A stretch of 64,000 nt of DNA from a virus. A program made the position numbers and the translations under genes. The notes beneath the pieces were generated by a model. It made no database searches, was not told where the DNA came from, and saw nothing but the letters and a program-made list of their open reading frames with translations. How positions within the stretch are numbered: position 1 is the first letter of the stretch; each line of letters begins with the position of its first letter. Positions 47,781 through 57,084 of this stretch are shown piece by piece. The stretch covers positions 23,024-87,023 of the IMG/VR virus record IMGVR_UViG_3300011254_000489; one strand, written 5' to 3'.

Positions 47781-48218
47781 ATGAGTTGGTGGAATATAAT
47801 AAAAACCGACTTTGGTTCGTTTGACTTGAAGGGATTAAATTTTCCAAGATTGGCTGAACTTTTACAATTTTATGATATGTTGGAAAAGGAGATGGTGGAA
47901 AGAGAAGATGTTAAAGACTACCCCGATGTGGATTTCTACACCGATGAAGTTATGGCTGGGGACGCAATAGGCTACATAGAAGATAATTTTATGAACGAGT
48001 CGGGTTCCGTGTCTTTAAGTCTATCCGTGGCGTTGAATCTTTTCAGTAGAATAAAAACTTACGGTGGGGAAAACTTTGAAATGCTTTGGAAAGAACTTAA
48101 CGATGAAACCATTAAATACTTTCTTTTAGGATTTTTAGGAAGGGCTGAAAGGGCCGGTGTTGTGGACATTCGGGGTAAATTAAAAACCGCCGTTGATAAT
48201 TTTTCAAGAGATGTTTAA
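47781..48218 (+). CDS. W-tag family protein (MSWWNIIK)
   Basis: GGTGA RBS; shared N-terminal motif. Confidence 0.65.
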   Translation: MSWWNIIKTDFGSFDLKGLNFPRLAELLQFYDMLEKEMVEREDVKDYPDVDFYTDEVMAGDAIGYIEDNFMNESGSVSLSLSVALNLFSRIKTYGGENFEMLWKELNDETIKYFLLGFLGRAERAGVVDIRGKLKTAVDNFSRDV

Positions 48219-48229
48219 GGGGTGCAAAT

Positions 48230-48583
48230 ATGGGTTGGGAAAATGTATTGAAGGTCTTTGGTGAGTATGGCTTTCCCGAAGGGGATGAGCGTAATGAGCA
48301 AACACGGAAAGCAAAAGAAAAATTTGCTAAAAACTCAATGGAAGTTTTGACAGGCCTTGCCTTTTCCTTAGAAACAATAGACGATTTAGAAGTAATAACG
48401 CAAAAACCTATTGGGTATCTTTTTGAAGAACTTGCTAAGTTATTAGAATTGAAAGCCGATTATTTAGAAGAAATTGCAGAAATTGAGGGAGATACTTTAT
48501 CTTCCCGAAGAGTAAGACCTAGTTTACAAGCATCCGAAAATAAAATGCGAGAATTGGCGAAAAAATTCCGAGCAAAATTTTGA
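48230..48583 (+). CDS. W-tag family protein (MGWENVLK)
   Basis: Shared N-terminal motif. Confidence 0.65.
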   Translation: MGWENVLKVFGEYGFPEGDERNEQTRKAKEKFAKNSMEVLTGLAFSLETIDDLEVITQKPIGYLFEELAKLLELKADYLEEIAEIEGDTLSSRRVRPSLQASENKMRELAKKFRAKF

Positions 48584-48603
48584 GAAAAAAAGAGATGATT
48601 GAC

Positions 48604-49179
48604 ATGACATGGAAAGATATAATAAAAGCACAACTAGCGATTTTAGATAGAGAAGATGCTAGAGATTTAATGAGACAGTATCGGGGAAAACAGGCAAAGG
48701 CACTTGGAAAAAATATTGCTTTAATTCAACAGAACCTACCCGATGTAGTTAAAGAATTTAAAATAATGATGGATAATCCCGTTAAGGGCTATGATGGTAT
48801 TCCTTCATATAATACAGTTGATGCTACGGCAAATATAATTCTTGTTATTGATTACAAACAAATGAATTGGAATATTAACAGTAATAAATTTGGTGGCTAT
48901 GATGAATCTTATTATGGATTAGATAGTACACTAGAAGAATTATTCCGAGGGAATCCTTTATCTTTTCGGAATCCTTTATCATCCACTAGCGAAGGCGGGG
49001 TAAGAAACCGAAAAAGAAAAGACACCTTTACCGAGAAAGGAGAAATAGTATCCTACCAAAAAACCTTCCCGTTCAAAGTAGAGTTTGATGCGTCAAAACC
49101 AATGCTATTCGGTGCAGAAAAACTAATTGATTTTTTAGATGAGTTAGAAGATTTACTAGATAGGGAAGTTAGTCCTTGA
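48604..49179 (+). CDS. W-tag family protein (MTWKDIIK)
   Basis: Shared N-terminal motif; start refined. Confidence 0.65.
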   Translation: MTWKDIIKAQLAILDREDARDLMRQYRGKQAKALGKNIALIQQNLPDVVKEFKIMMDNPVKGYDGIPSYNTVDATANIILVIDYKQMNWNINSNKFGGYDESYYGLDSTLEELFRGNPLSFRNPLSSTSEGGVRNRKRKDTFTEKGEIVSYQKTFPFKVEFDASKPMLFGAEKLIDFLDELEDLLDREVSP

Positions 49180-49193
49180 GAAAGGTGATTATT

Positions 49194-49451
49194 ATGACAT
49201 GGAAAGATGGAATTAAAAAAGAAGCGGCGGATTTTTCAAGAGGAATGGAAGCGGCAAAAAGCCTTGCTAAAAACCACGACCATGCCTCATGGTTTCAAGT
49301 TGAAAATGACGATGAGTTTATGGCGAAATTACAGAAGCGTTTTGATGAATCCTATGAGAAATACGGTGGGCAGGACATTAATGTTCGTGTTTTGATTAGG
49401 AGTATAGGGCAACTTAATGGTGCTTTTTTACATCTAACAGAGGATGAGTAA
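49194..49451 (+). CDS. W-tag family protein (MTWKDGIKK)
   Basis: GGTGA RBS; shared motif. Confidence 0.65.
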   Translation: MTWKDGIKKEAADFSRGMEAAKSLAKNHDHASWFQVENDDEFMAKLQKRFDESYEKYGGQDINVRVLIRSIGQLNGAFLHLTEDE

Positions 49452-49453
49452 TT

Positions 49454-49765
49454 ATGACATGGAAAGATGAAATTAGGAAAAACATATTTGAAAAAGACCC
49501 CGAAGACATGACTGCTTTTATGAATGTCAGTCCTCGGATGAAGCAAGAGGCTAAAAAGAAACAAGATAGCCTAAAAAGTGGTTTTAAAAACAATCAAGAA
49601 AACTATGAGACGGTTTTAGAAGCAATTGAGCGATTAATGGGATTAAAGGATTCAATTACTAGAGGTATGAAAGAATCTGAAGATGAGCAAATCAATGAAG
49701 ATGAGATGAGAAAAATTGCTATGGCTCTCAATAAAGCGGCTCAACAGTTAGAATCTTACTACTGA
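49454..49765 (+). CDS. W-tag family protein (MTWKDEIRK)
   Basis: Shared motif; 19-nt start region identical to previous gene. Confidence 0.65.
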   Translation: MTWKDEIRKNIFEKDPEDMTAFMNVSPRMKQEAKKKQDSLKSGFKNNQENYETVLEAIERLMGLKDSITRGMKESEDEQINEDEMRKIAMALNKAAQQLESYY

Positions 49766-49780
49766 AAAAAGGTGATTATT

Positions 49781-50857
49781 ATGACTAATCAAGAGATAGG
49801 CGAAGCAACTGAAGATATTCGGGACTTTTTGGAACTTACAGAATCGGAGTGGAAGAGTTATTTTAATCGTTCTCAAGCAGGTAAGTGAGATATTCTTATG
49901 TTTCAAATTTTCTTTGCCGTAGGTAGCCAGCCGTTTAAAAATTTAGGCAGTGTTGATTATCTAACTCGTAATAGAGCCAAAACCGCCCTACACCATTTTT
50001 GGGGTATCGTTGAAGGTGATGATGAGAAGGGTGAATTACTAGGAGGCGAAGTACCTGTGCGATATGAGATTAGGGAAAAGAAGTCCGAAGATAAGTGGAA
50101 GGATATACTCAAGCGTCGGAGGGTAGAAGACCCTAGAGCAAGGAGCAAGCGTAATGAGACTACTAACTTTAGAATGTCCAAGCCCGCTATTGCAACTAAA
50201 GAAGAAATAGCGGAGAGAGAATACGATAGAAAGAGGCAATTTGCCCCTTCTGTTTCTAAAGAAGTAATACTAGCCCTTGTTGATAGGTACTCTTCCGCCC
50301 TTATTTTTTCAGTAGTCAAGGAAGAAACTTTGCCTATAATAGAAAAATACACTGATATGGATAAGGGCTATGACGACGATTACAGTAAAGATGGATTGGA
50401 ATATTTTGAAAACCTCTTCAAAAGGGGTAGTGGTTCTCCGACTGAGATTTTTAAAGAAATTAAATCATTAAATGATAAAGACTATCGTTTATTTTTAAAT
50501 GAGTTACAGAAAGAATTCAAAAATATTCGCAATTTATCGGTTTACAGGGGTTCGGAAGAAGACTATGAAACGGGTGCTAATCTTGGTTCAAAGGGTAGAC
50601 GCTCCGAAAGCAGTACTTGGCCTAACACTTTTAGATTTCTGTTGAAGGAGGATGAGACTTTCATCAACGGTTCGTCATACGAGACTGCTGATGAGTATTG
50701 GGAAGATAGAGGAATAACGGCTGATAAATTTTTGGCTGAATTAACTCCTGCTTTGAATAAGGCCAAATCTTCTTTACAGGGTAGGGGTTTATTTAATACT
50801 GCTAAGAAAGTATTTGGAGATTACAGTAGAAAGATAGTTAGGGGTGAGAAAAAGTGA
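49781..50857 (+). CDS. Hypothetical protein with internal KWKDILK tag; reading frame interrupted by one in-frame TGA at 49886
   Basis: Strong AAGGTGA RBS at 49781; 35-aa ORF is in frame with ORF 49898-50857. Confidence 0.5.
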
Positions 50858-51033
50858 GTTGGACTGATTTAGTTAAATATAGTGATAGGGAAGTTGCTTC
50901 TAAAATACAACAGACGGGTTTTTGTTCTCGTTGTAAGCGAAAGGTTAGAAAATATACAAAATGTCCTTTATCTTTACCTTCTCCTTCTACAGGTGTGAAG
51001 CCGGATTGTCCTATGAGGGAGGAAAAAACATGA
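50854..51033 (+). CDS. W-tag family zinc-binding protein (MSWTDLVK, 59 aa)
   Basis: GTG start after GGTGA; CSRC...C...C; not in ORF track. Confidence 0.6.
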   Translation: MSWTDLVKYSDREVASKIQQTGFCSRCKRKVRKYTKCPLSLPSPSTGVKPDCPMREEKT

Positions 51034-51266
51034 GTTGGAAAGATGATTTGACGCGTGATGGTATAACTGCGGAAATGAAGAGGCAACTTTTTGATATTTT
51101 GGCTAATCAGCCGGAAATTACTCTTAGGGGTATTGAAGAAGGCCTCTATAATCGTGGTTATCAAAGAGTAAACAGGAAAAAAATTAGGAAATTTATGATG
51201 AGTTCTCCAAAAGTGCGATTTAACAAGAAATATAATGACACTAGTACCTATTCATTGGAGAAGTGA
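51030..51266 (+). CDS. W-tag family wHTH-like protein (MSWKDDL)
   Basis: GGAGG RBS; basic helix-turn-helix pattern. Confidence 0.55.
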   Translation: MSWKDDLTRDGITAEMKRQLFDILANQPEITLRGIEEGLYNRGYQRVNRKKIRKFMMSSPKVRFNKKYNDTSTYSLEK

Positions 51267-51271
51267 ATAGA

Positions 51272-51736
51272 ATGTGGTTTGATATTATTAAATCGGTTGA
51301 AATTTTGACCGAAAATTCGGCTAGCAAGATGTTAGACGGGTTTAAGACTGCGGTTGAGAAGGGTTATCCTGCAATTATTACTCCTTTGTCTCTTGTTGCT
51401 AAGATTCAAGATGGCGAATTGGCCGCTTTTACCTCTTTTAACGATATGGGCGAGTTTTTCTTTGTTGGAAATAGTTTAACTAATCCAAAATACAAGGGTC
51501 GGGGCTATTTTACTCAAATTTTGTCTTCTAGAGACGATTATACTAAGGGGAAGCCTAGAATTACTTTGCTAAATCCTTTAGATTCTAAGTCTAGGAGTAT
51601 TGTTAGGGCGGTTGTTACCAAAAAGGGTGGTAAGGAAGTGACTTCTTATGCTGATGTTCAAGATATTATGGATGAGCAGACCTACAAAGGGATGAAAAGC
51701 ACTAATTTAGATATGTTTAGGTACAAGGTGATTTGA
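51272..51736 (+). CDS. W-tag family GNAT acetyltransferase (MWFDIIK)
   Basis: T.PKYKGRGY GNAT motif A. Confidence 0.65.
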   Translation: MWFDIIKSVEILTENSASKMLDGFKTAVEKGYPAIITPLSLVAKIQDGELAAFTSFNDMGEFFFVGNSLTNPKYKGRGYFTQILSSRDDYTKGKPRITLLNPLDSKSRSIVRAVVTKKGGKEVTSYADVQDIMDEQTYKGMKSTNLDMFRYKVI

Positions 51737-51927
51737 TGACATGGAAAAATATACTCAAAATTAGTACCGAAGAGGCAATTCAAGATGCTGAGAGGTATGC
51801 AGACTCCGAAGATACTGAAATGGAAAAGGTAGCAGGGGCGGTAACTACATCAAGTGCGGCCCATTCCCTTCTATTTAGGCCGACCTTTGGCGGTAAGCGA
51901 AGGAAGCGCAAAAAGAAGGAGGATTGA
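51736..51927 (+). CDS. W-tag family small protein (MTWKNILK)
   Basis: GGTGA RBS; DAERYAD module shared with 52915; basic C-terminus. Confidence 0.6.
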   Translation: MTWKNILKISTEEAIQDAERYADSEDTEMEKVAGAVTTSSAAHSLLFRPTFGGKRRKRKKKED

Positions 51928-51929
51928 TT

Positions 51930-52913
51930 ATGCCTAAAGATGTAAAAAAGGTCACTGCTAAGGTTGGAGATGCCGTTCTTACTACTAAGGCGGGCATTAT
52001 TACCTTTCCTAAAAAGTTCACTGCTTGGGAGAGAAAGTGTCGTAGTTTAGGGCCGGATAAAGTTGGTGGTAAGACTCATCTTTTGGAGGCTTTGAAGCAA
52101 CATGGTGTTCCTACTAGACCTACTTCTCCTAATGCAGGTGGAGTAAAAGGGATGAAATTCACTTTGATGGAGATTAAAAAGGTGATAAAGAGTAGACCTA
52201 ATGGTATTTACTACGATAGTGATGTTGAAACCTTTCAAGAATTACTAGATGATTTAGATATTTACGGGGATGGAGGGCATTTAGACCCTGCTTCTATTCC
52301 TTTTACTACTTATCCTATGTCTAGAGGTAAGAGAATACCCGATGCTAAATCCAAACCCCTTTTCGGCCACTACATTGATGAATATTTTGCTTCAAAGTAC
52401 ACTACATCTGTTAAAGTTGAAGATGCTAAAGGTTGGAGTAGTAGGGCTAAAGATGGCTCGGCTAATCCTCCATTGAAACAGGCTATTTTTGGTGGGCCTC
52501 TATTTACTGAAAGTTTGAATGATATTTTGCAATTGGCTATCAAAGAGATAGGGAATATTGAATACAATATTGAGATTAAGACGGGGCGTTCTCCTGTTAG
52601 ATTAGTAAACATTCCTTCTTTTAGTTCAAAGTTAGCAGGTGCGATAAAATCTTCTTTAATTGATGGTGCTATTAGTGTCAAGGGTGTTAGAGGTAAAATG
52701 AATGGGATATTTTTCCCTATTAAGACTGAGAAGGAGGAATTATTCGTTGCTGATTATGCTAAGGCTAAAGGTATTGGTGGGACTTTTAGTTCTTTTAAGG
52801 TGAACATGACTCCTGCGGCAACCAAGAAATTAATTGAAACTTACATGGCTACTTCTAGGGCGCGCAAAGAGCGAGACATTGTGAAGTCTTGGGTAGAACT
52901 TTTGAGGGTTTGA
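51930..52913 (+). CDS. Basic hypothetical protein with C-terminal tag-like KSWVELLR
   Basis: GGAGG RBS. Confidence 0.65.
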   Translation: MPKDVKKVTAKVGDAVLTTKAGIITFPKKFTAWERKCRSLGPDKVGGKTHLLEALKQHGVPTRPTSPNAGGVKGMKFTLMEIKKVIKSRPNGIYYDSDVETFQELLDDLDIYGDGGHLDPASIPFTTYPMSRGKRIPDAKSKPLFGHYIDEYFASKYTTSVKVEDAKGWSSRAKDGSANPPLKQAIFGGPLFTESLNDILQLAIKEIGNIEYNIEIKTGRSPVRLVNIPSFSSKLAGAIKSSLIDGAISVKGVRGKMNGIFFPIKTEKEELFVADYAKAKGIGGTFSSFKVNMTPAATKKLIETYMATSRARKERDIVKSWVELLRV

Positions 52914-52914
52914 T

Positions 52915-53376
52915 ATGAAGTGGGAAGACATTTTGAAGATTAGCGCAGGAGAAAGAAGCGATGCCGAAAGGTTCGCTGACCCCGAAGATTTGAGAATGGA
53001 TGATTCGGAAATGAGGGAGGTTGTTTTGGGCTATAGAAAGAGATTAAATTCTTTGATGAATAAGCCAAAGAAGATTGAAGAAACGCTAAATCGGGGGCGG
53101 CATAGTATTCCTCTTGTAGATGAGTTTTTGGAGCGTGAAGCGGAAGCCATAGTCGGTATGAATCTTGATTTCTTGGATGACAGGTTGAAGAGGATTGAAA
53201 ATGAAATGAACAGAGACTCGCCTAATATGTTTAAGTTGAAAAGAATGGTGAAGGCGTATGGAGAGGCTAAGAAAAATGCCTACAAGCCTGTTCGTGAACT
53301 TCTGCGAGAAAAGCAATATAGATTAAGTGAAGAACAAGAAAGATTGGCCGAGGAACGCCGAAAGAGATTTGAGTGA
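52915..53376 (+). CDS. W-tag family protein (MKWEDILK)
   Basis: Shared motif; DAERFADPED module. Confidence 0.65.
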   Translation: MKWEDILKISAGERSDAERFADPEDLRMDDSEMREVVLGYRKRLNSLMNKPKKIEETLNRGRHSIPLVDEFLEREAEAIVGMNLDFLDDRLKRIENEMNRDSPNMFKLKRMVKAYGEAKKNAYKPVRELLREKQYRLSEEQERLAEERRKRFE

Positions 53377-53385
53377 GGTATTGAT

Positions 53386-54039
53386 ATGAGAAGAAAAAGT
53401 TGCTCTTTTTGTCAGCATGAGAATGCTAAGGAGTTTGAACAACAGTTGGAAGACTGTGTTATTTCCTGTGATGATTTAGACCAACAGGAAAATTGGCGTA
53501 GTGGTACTGCGGCTCAACATCAAAGAAACCACATGGGGGATTATGTTACAAGTAGTAATCCTAAGTGTAATTTCTGTACTGACCCTCTAAGGAAACAATA
53601 TGAGGTTGGATTAACTGAGGGCAAGTTAGAAGTTTCTATTGTTGCAGATATTTTAGAGACTACTAAAAGTCAAATTCACCGACACATGAAGCATCATTTG
53701 GCTCCTATTGTTCAAGAGTCTGCCGCTACAATAATTGCTAAGAAGGAAGTTAATGAAGTTGATATGTTAGCCAATAACTTAGAAGTGTTGGATGGTAAAC
53801 TTACTGAGATTGCTTCAAGGGATGATTTAGATTCTAGGGAGTTAGATGCTTTGGTTAAGTTGGCTAGAGAGATTCGTGAGTCATTGAAATACATGATGGA
53901 GTTTAAGGGTAAGTTAATACACAAGAGACAGGACACAATAATTATTGCGCAGATGCAAATTGTCCAAGAAGTTTTGGCTCAAGGACACCCCGAAGTTTGG
54001 CTTGATGTAAAGAAGAAGATGCAGGAGAGATTACAATGA
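53386..54039 (+). CDS. Putative terminase small subunit / DNA-binding protein with two CxxC-HTH-H..H repeats
   Basis: CSFCQH...H.RNH and CNFC...H..HH repeats, then coiled coil; upstream of TerL. Confidence 0.5.
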   Translation: MRRKSCSFCQHENAKEFEQQLEDCVISCDDLDQQENWRSGTAAQHQRNHMGDYVTSSNPKCNFCTDPLRKQYEVGLTEGKLEVSIVADILETTKSQIHRHMKHHLAPIVQESAATIIAKKEVNEVDMLANNLEVLDGKLTEIASRDDLDSRELDALVKLAREIRESLKYMMEFKGKLIHKRQDTIIIAQMQIVQEVLAQGHPEVWLDVKKKMQERLQ

Positions 54040-54527
54040 GTTGGAAAGAAATATTGAAAAGTGATGATGACCATAAAAAAGTATTACAGATGGCTAAAAA
54101 GGTTCTAAGGGACTTAGGATTAGATGAAAAGTTTGTTGATGATAAAGCGAGAGATTTAGCGAATAGTGAGAAGTTATTTGACCATATTTCTTTTAGTTCT
54201 AGTAGTGAAACCGAAGGAGAAATGTATTCTCAAGTAACAGAAGAATCACTTAAAGACATGATTATGGCTGATAAAGGATTTTATCTTCCTAATTTATTAA
54301 ATCAAGATGAAAGATTTATACAACGAAAGAAAGAAGATTGGGATGAAGGTGGGCATGAAATCTTAATGGAATTATATGAAGCAATAAAACAAGGGGCTTC
54401 TTTACCAAAGTGGGCGGTTGTTAAAGATGGTGAATTAGATGATAGGGCGACTAAAGAAAAATATATTAATGAAGCCACAAGAGATAGAACATCTAATTAT
54501 TATGTCTATTGGTCAATTAGAGATTAA
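54036..54527 (+). CDS. W-tag family protein (MSWKEILK)
   Basis: Shared motif. Confidence 0.65.
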   Translation: MSWKEILKSDDDHKKVLQMAKKVLRDLGLDEKFVDDKARDLANSEKLFDHISFSSSSETEGEMYSQVTEESLKDMIMADKGFYLPNLLNQDERFIQRKKEDWDEGGHEILMELYEAIKQGASLPKWAVVKDGELDDRATKEKYINEATRDRTSNYYVYWSIRD

Positions 54528-54544
54528 ATGCAGGAGAGATTACA

Positions 54545-54958
54545 ATGAGTTGGAAAAAAATATTGAAATTAAGACCGATAGAGGATATACCCGATGAAAT
54601 GTATGATGATTCATATTCTTATCAAAATCCTAAAGAAATTGAGAGTTTGGTGAGAAGAAAACAAAAGAAGGGTGGACTACTTTGGTATATTGAAAAGGAT
54701 TTTGCACAAAACGCAAATGTGGCGGATTGGACTACTGATGAAGGAGTCAAAGCATGGGATACGATAGTTTCGGATTTGAAAAGAATTTACGATGATAATA
54801 ATTTGACACATAAGAACTACAAAAATGGAACTATTCTAGCGGGTAGAGAAGGCGTGGACAAATCTGTTTTTGCTATGATAATGAACCTAGACCCGAAGTT
54901 TGGTGCGCCTATAAGTGGTAGTCAATTTATGAGAGAAAATAAATTCCGAGGCTTTTGA
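54545..54958 (+). CDS. W-tag family protein (MSWKKILK)
   Basis: Shared motif. Confidence 0.65.
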   Translation: MSWKKILKLRPIEDIPDEMYDDSYSYQNPKEIESLVRRKQKKGGLLWYIEKDFAQNANVADWTTDEGVKAWDTIVSDLKRIYDDNNLTHKNYKNGTILAGREGVDKSVFAMIMNLDPKFGAPISGSQFMRENKFRGF

Positions 54959-54974
54959 TACAAGAGAGATTACA

Positions 54975-55472
54975 ATGAGTTGGGAAGATATATTAAAACA
55001 AAAAACCTATGAGGTTTACATTAAAGACTATCGTAATGCTAAATCGTATCCTAATTGGACAAAGGTTAGTTTAAATATCGGCGGATATAAACAGAATGTT
55101 TTTTCTAGAGAAATAGCCAAGATGTTTTTTGAAGAAACTGCTTGGAATAAATCAATTATTAGAAATTATGGAAGACAACCCCTCCCTTCCATAGTTGAGG
55201 GAGATGAAAAGTCGGGGTATGTTGCTTCTTATATTATTGAAGCATACAGTCCCACACAACCCGATACGAGGTATGTTGATAAAAATGTTCTTTGGGAAAG
55301 TGGCCCTGTATTTGTTTACCAAATAGTTGAAAAAGGAGAGAAGCCTAGCGATTCTAATAGTCCCCCGTATAGTTTCAATTCTACCCTTAATGACATGAAA
55401 ACCAAAATTGAAAATTATGTAAGAATTGCTAAAAGATACGGTAATAAGAATAGTTGGAAGAGACTTGAATGA
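54975..55472 (+). CDS. W-tag family protein (MSWEDILK)
   Basis: Shared motif. Confidence 0.65.
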   Translation: MSWEDILKQKTYEVYIKDYRNAKSYPNWTKVSLNIGGYKQNVFSREIAKMFFEETAWNKSIIRNYGRQPLPSIVEGDEKSGYVASYIIEAYSPTQPDTRYVDKNVLWESGPVFVYQIVEKGEKPSDSNSPPYSFNSTLNDMKTKIENYVRIAKRYGNKNSWKRLE

Positions 55473-55498
55473 TTATTAGCGATTGTTAAGGTGATTAA

Positions 55499-57076
55499 AT
55501 GGCTACTTCCGTATTAACTATTGATGAGGTTTTCCTCAAGTTGTTTAGGGACTTTGAAGATGCTAACTTGAAGGAGTACATTGAAATCCTTTCAAAGAAG
55601 AAGCCTAATCACACAGTCTTGAGGAAGATGATGGTTCCTTTTTTGGACAAGACCATATCCGATTTGAAGTTTATTTTGAGGTCATCCTACGGCAAGGAAG
55701 TAGAAGCGATTGCTACGAGTTTTAATGTTACTGATGCTAAGGTGAGGGGAGTTTTGAAGCCCAAGTTGTATGAATTGGCTAAATATGCCGGTAAGATAGA
55801 ACAGGAAATGTCTCTTACTGAATTGATTCAAGGGTTTACTAAGATTACCGATAAGGCAAAACGGGACGATTACAGAAAAAGGATAACCACTATTCTTGAA
55901 AGTAGAAAAGAATTATTCCAACACGAATTAGGAGGTGTTTCTGCTCAAAGTCTTTTTGATTTTTTGACAGAAGTAGAAGAAGAAGAGATGGACAAAACTC
56001 TACAACCCTACTCTAAGGAGAAACAAGCAAAAATGCTTAAGGAAATTGAGGGCAAGTTACTAACTGCCGTCATTGTTGTAACACATTCAACAGGCCGATT
56101 TATTTCTTATTATCCTGCTAAGGAAATAAATAAAAATATGGATTTAGACCTAGAAGGTAAAATTTATGTTACTCCTTCATATTCTCCTAGATGGGAAAAA
56201 TTGAGACAAGTTTTACAACTATCAATTCAAGGCACTTTTTCTATAGGTTCAAGTGTTGGGGTAGAAAAGGAAACTTATGCCCTTAATGATACGGATGCTT
56301 TCTTGGGTAATTATTTGGATATGTTAGTAAATTCTAAGGCTAAAAAGGGAATGGGGTATGCCCGTAAATTTCTTCCCGATATTGCAGGAAGAAATTTAGG
56401 AAAGAAGGGCGGAATTGTCGTTAAGAAAAGAGGTAAAGGTTATCAGTTTAACCCTCATTTGAAAAAGATGCTTACAGACCCTACTTATTTTGCTTCTTTG
56501 TTTAAGACGGGATATACTGACGATAAAATCAAGGAGTACTTTCCCAATGCTCAAGGTAGAAATTTAGGTACTAGATTGTTTCTCTTTGAAGGGGAGAACT
56601 ACACAGATGCTTTAGAAGAATTAGATGAAGCAGAAATAGATTACGAAGTTAATGAAGGTAGACAACTTGTATTGCTTGATGAAATGCTTAGTGATGAGGA
56701 CTTTTTTGACGAGCAAGGAATAGTCACCAAAAAAATTATTTCCGAAGAAGAAACTTTAGAACTAGACCCCGACTATTCCAAAGACAGTTATTTCTTTGAA
56801 GGGCGACCAATAGGGGAAACTAAACAAGATGTTATAGAAAGTTTAGAGGTTGCTATTTTGGCGGGCGAATTTTATGATGATGGTTTATCCTCGGTAAAAG
56901 GAAAAACAATTAGGGCAACCCCCGAACTTCTTGATAGAATAGAGGTGGCTATGAAGAAATTTGAAGAGGATTTCAATACCGCCATACGGAAAAAAATACG
57001 CTTCCTTGCAGACAACGCAGATGAGAGAGTGCTTAAATACCTAGCCGCATACGAATTAATCAATAAGAACGAATAG
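55499..57076 (+). CDS. Large hypothetical protein (525 aa), possibly virion-internal
   Basis: GGTGA RBS; between TerS candidate and TerL. Confidence 0.6.
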   Translation: MATSVLTIDEVFLKLFRDFEDANLKEYIEILSKKKPNHTVLRKMMVPFLDKTISDLKFILRSSYGKEVEAIATSFNVTDAKVRGVLKPKLYELAKYAGKIEQEMSLTELIQGFTKITDKAKRDDYRKRITTILESRKELFQHELGGVSAQSLFDFLTEVEEEEMDKTLQPYSKEKQAKMLKEIEGKLLTAVIVVTHSTGRFISYYPAKEINKNMDLDLEGKIYVTPSYSPRWEKLRQVLQLSIQGTFSIGSSVGVEKETYALNDTDAFLGNYLDMLVNSKAKKGMGYARKFLPDIAGRNLGKKGGIVVKKRGKGYQFNPHLKKMLTDPTYFASLFKTGYTDDKIKEYFPNAQGRNLGTRLFLFEGENYTDALEELDEAEIDYEVNEGRQLVLLDEMLSDEDFFDEQGIVTKKIISEEETLELDPDYSKDSYFFEGRPIGETKQDVIESLEVAILAGEFYDDGLSSVKGKTIRATPELLDRIEVAMKKFEEDFNTAIRKKIRFLADNADERVLKYLAAYELINKNE

Positions 57077-57084
57077 GTGTTAAT

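Larger units (their letters stand above)
54019..54998 (+). repeat. Three 41-bp direct repeats spanning gene junctions (54019, 54528, 54958)
   Basis: ATGCAGGAGAGATTACAATGAGTTGGAAAGAAATATTGAAA; copies 2 and 3 match 40/41 and 36/41. Confidence 0.85.
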
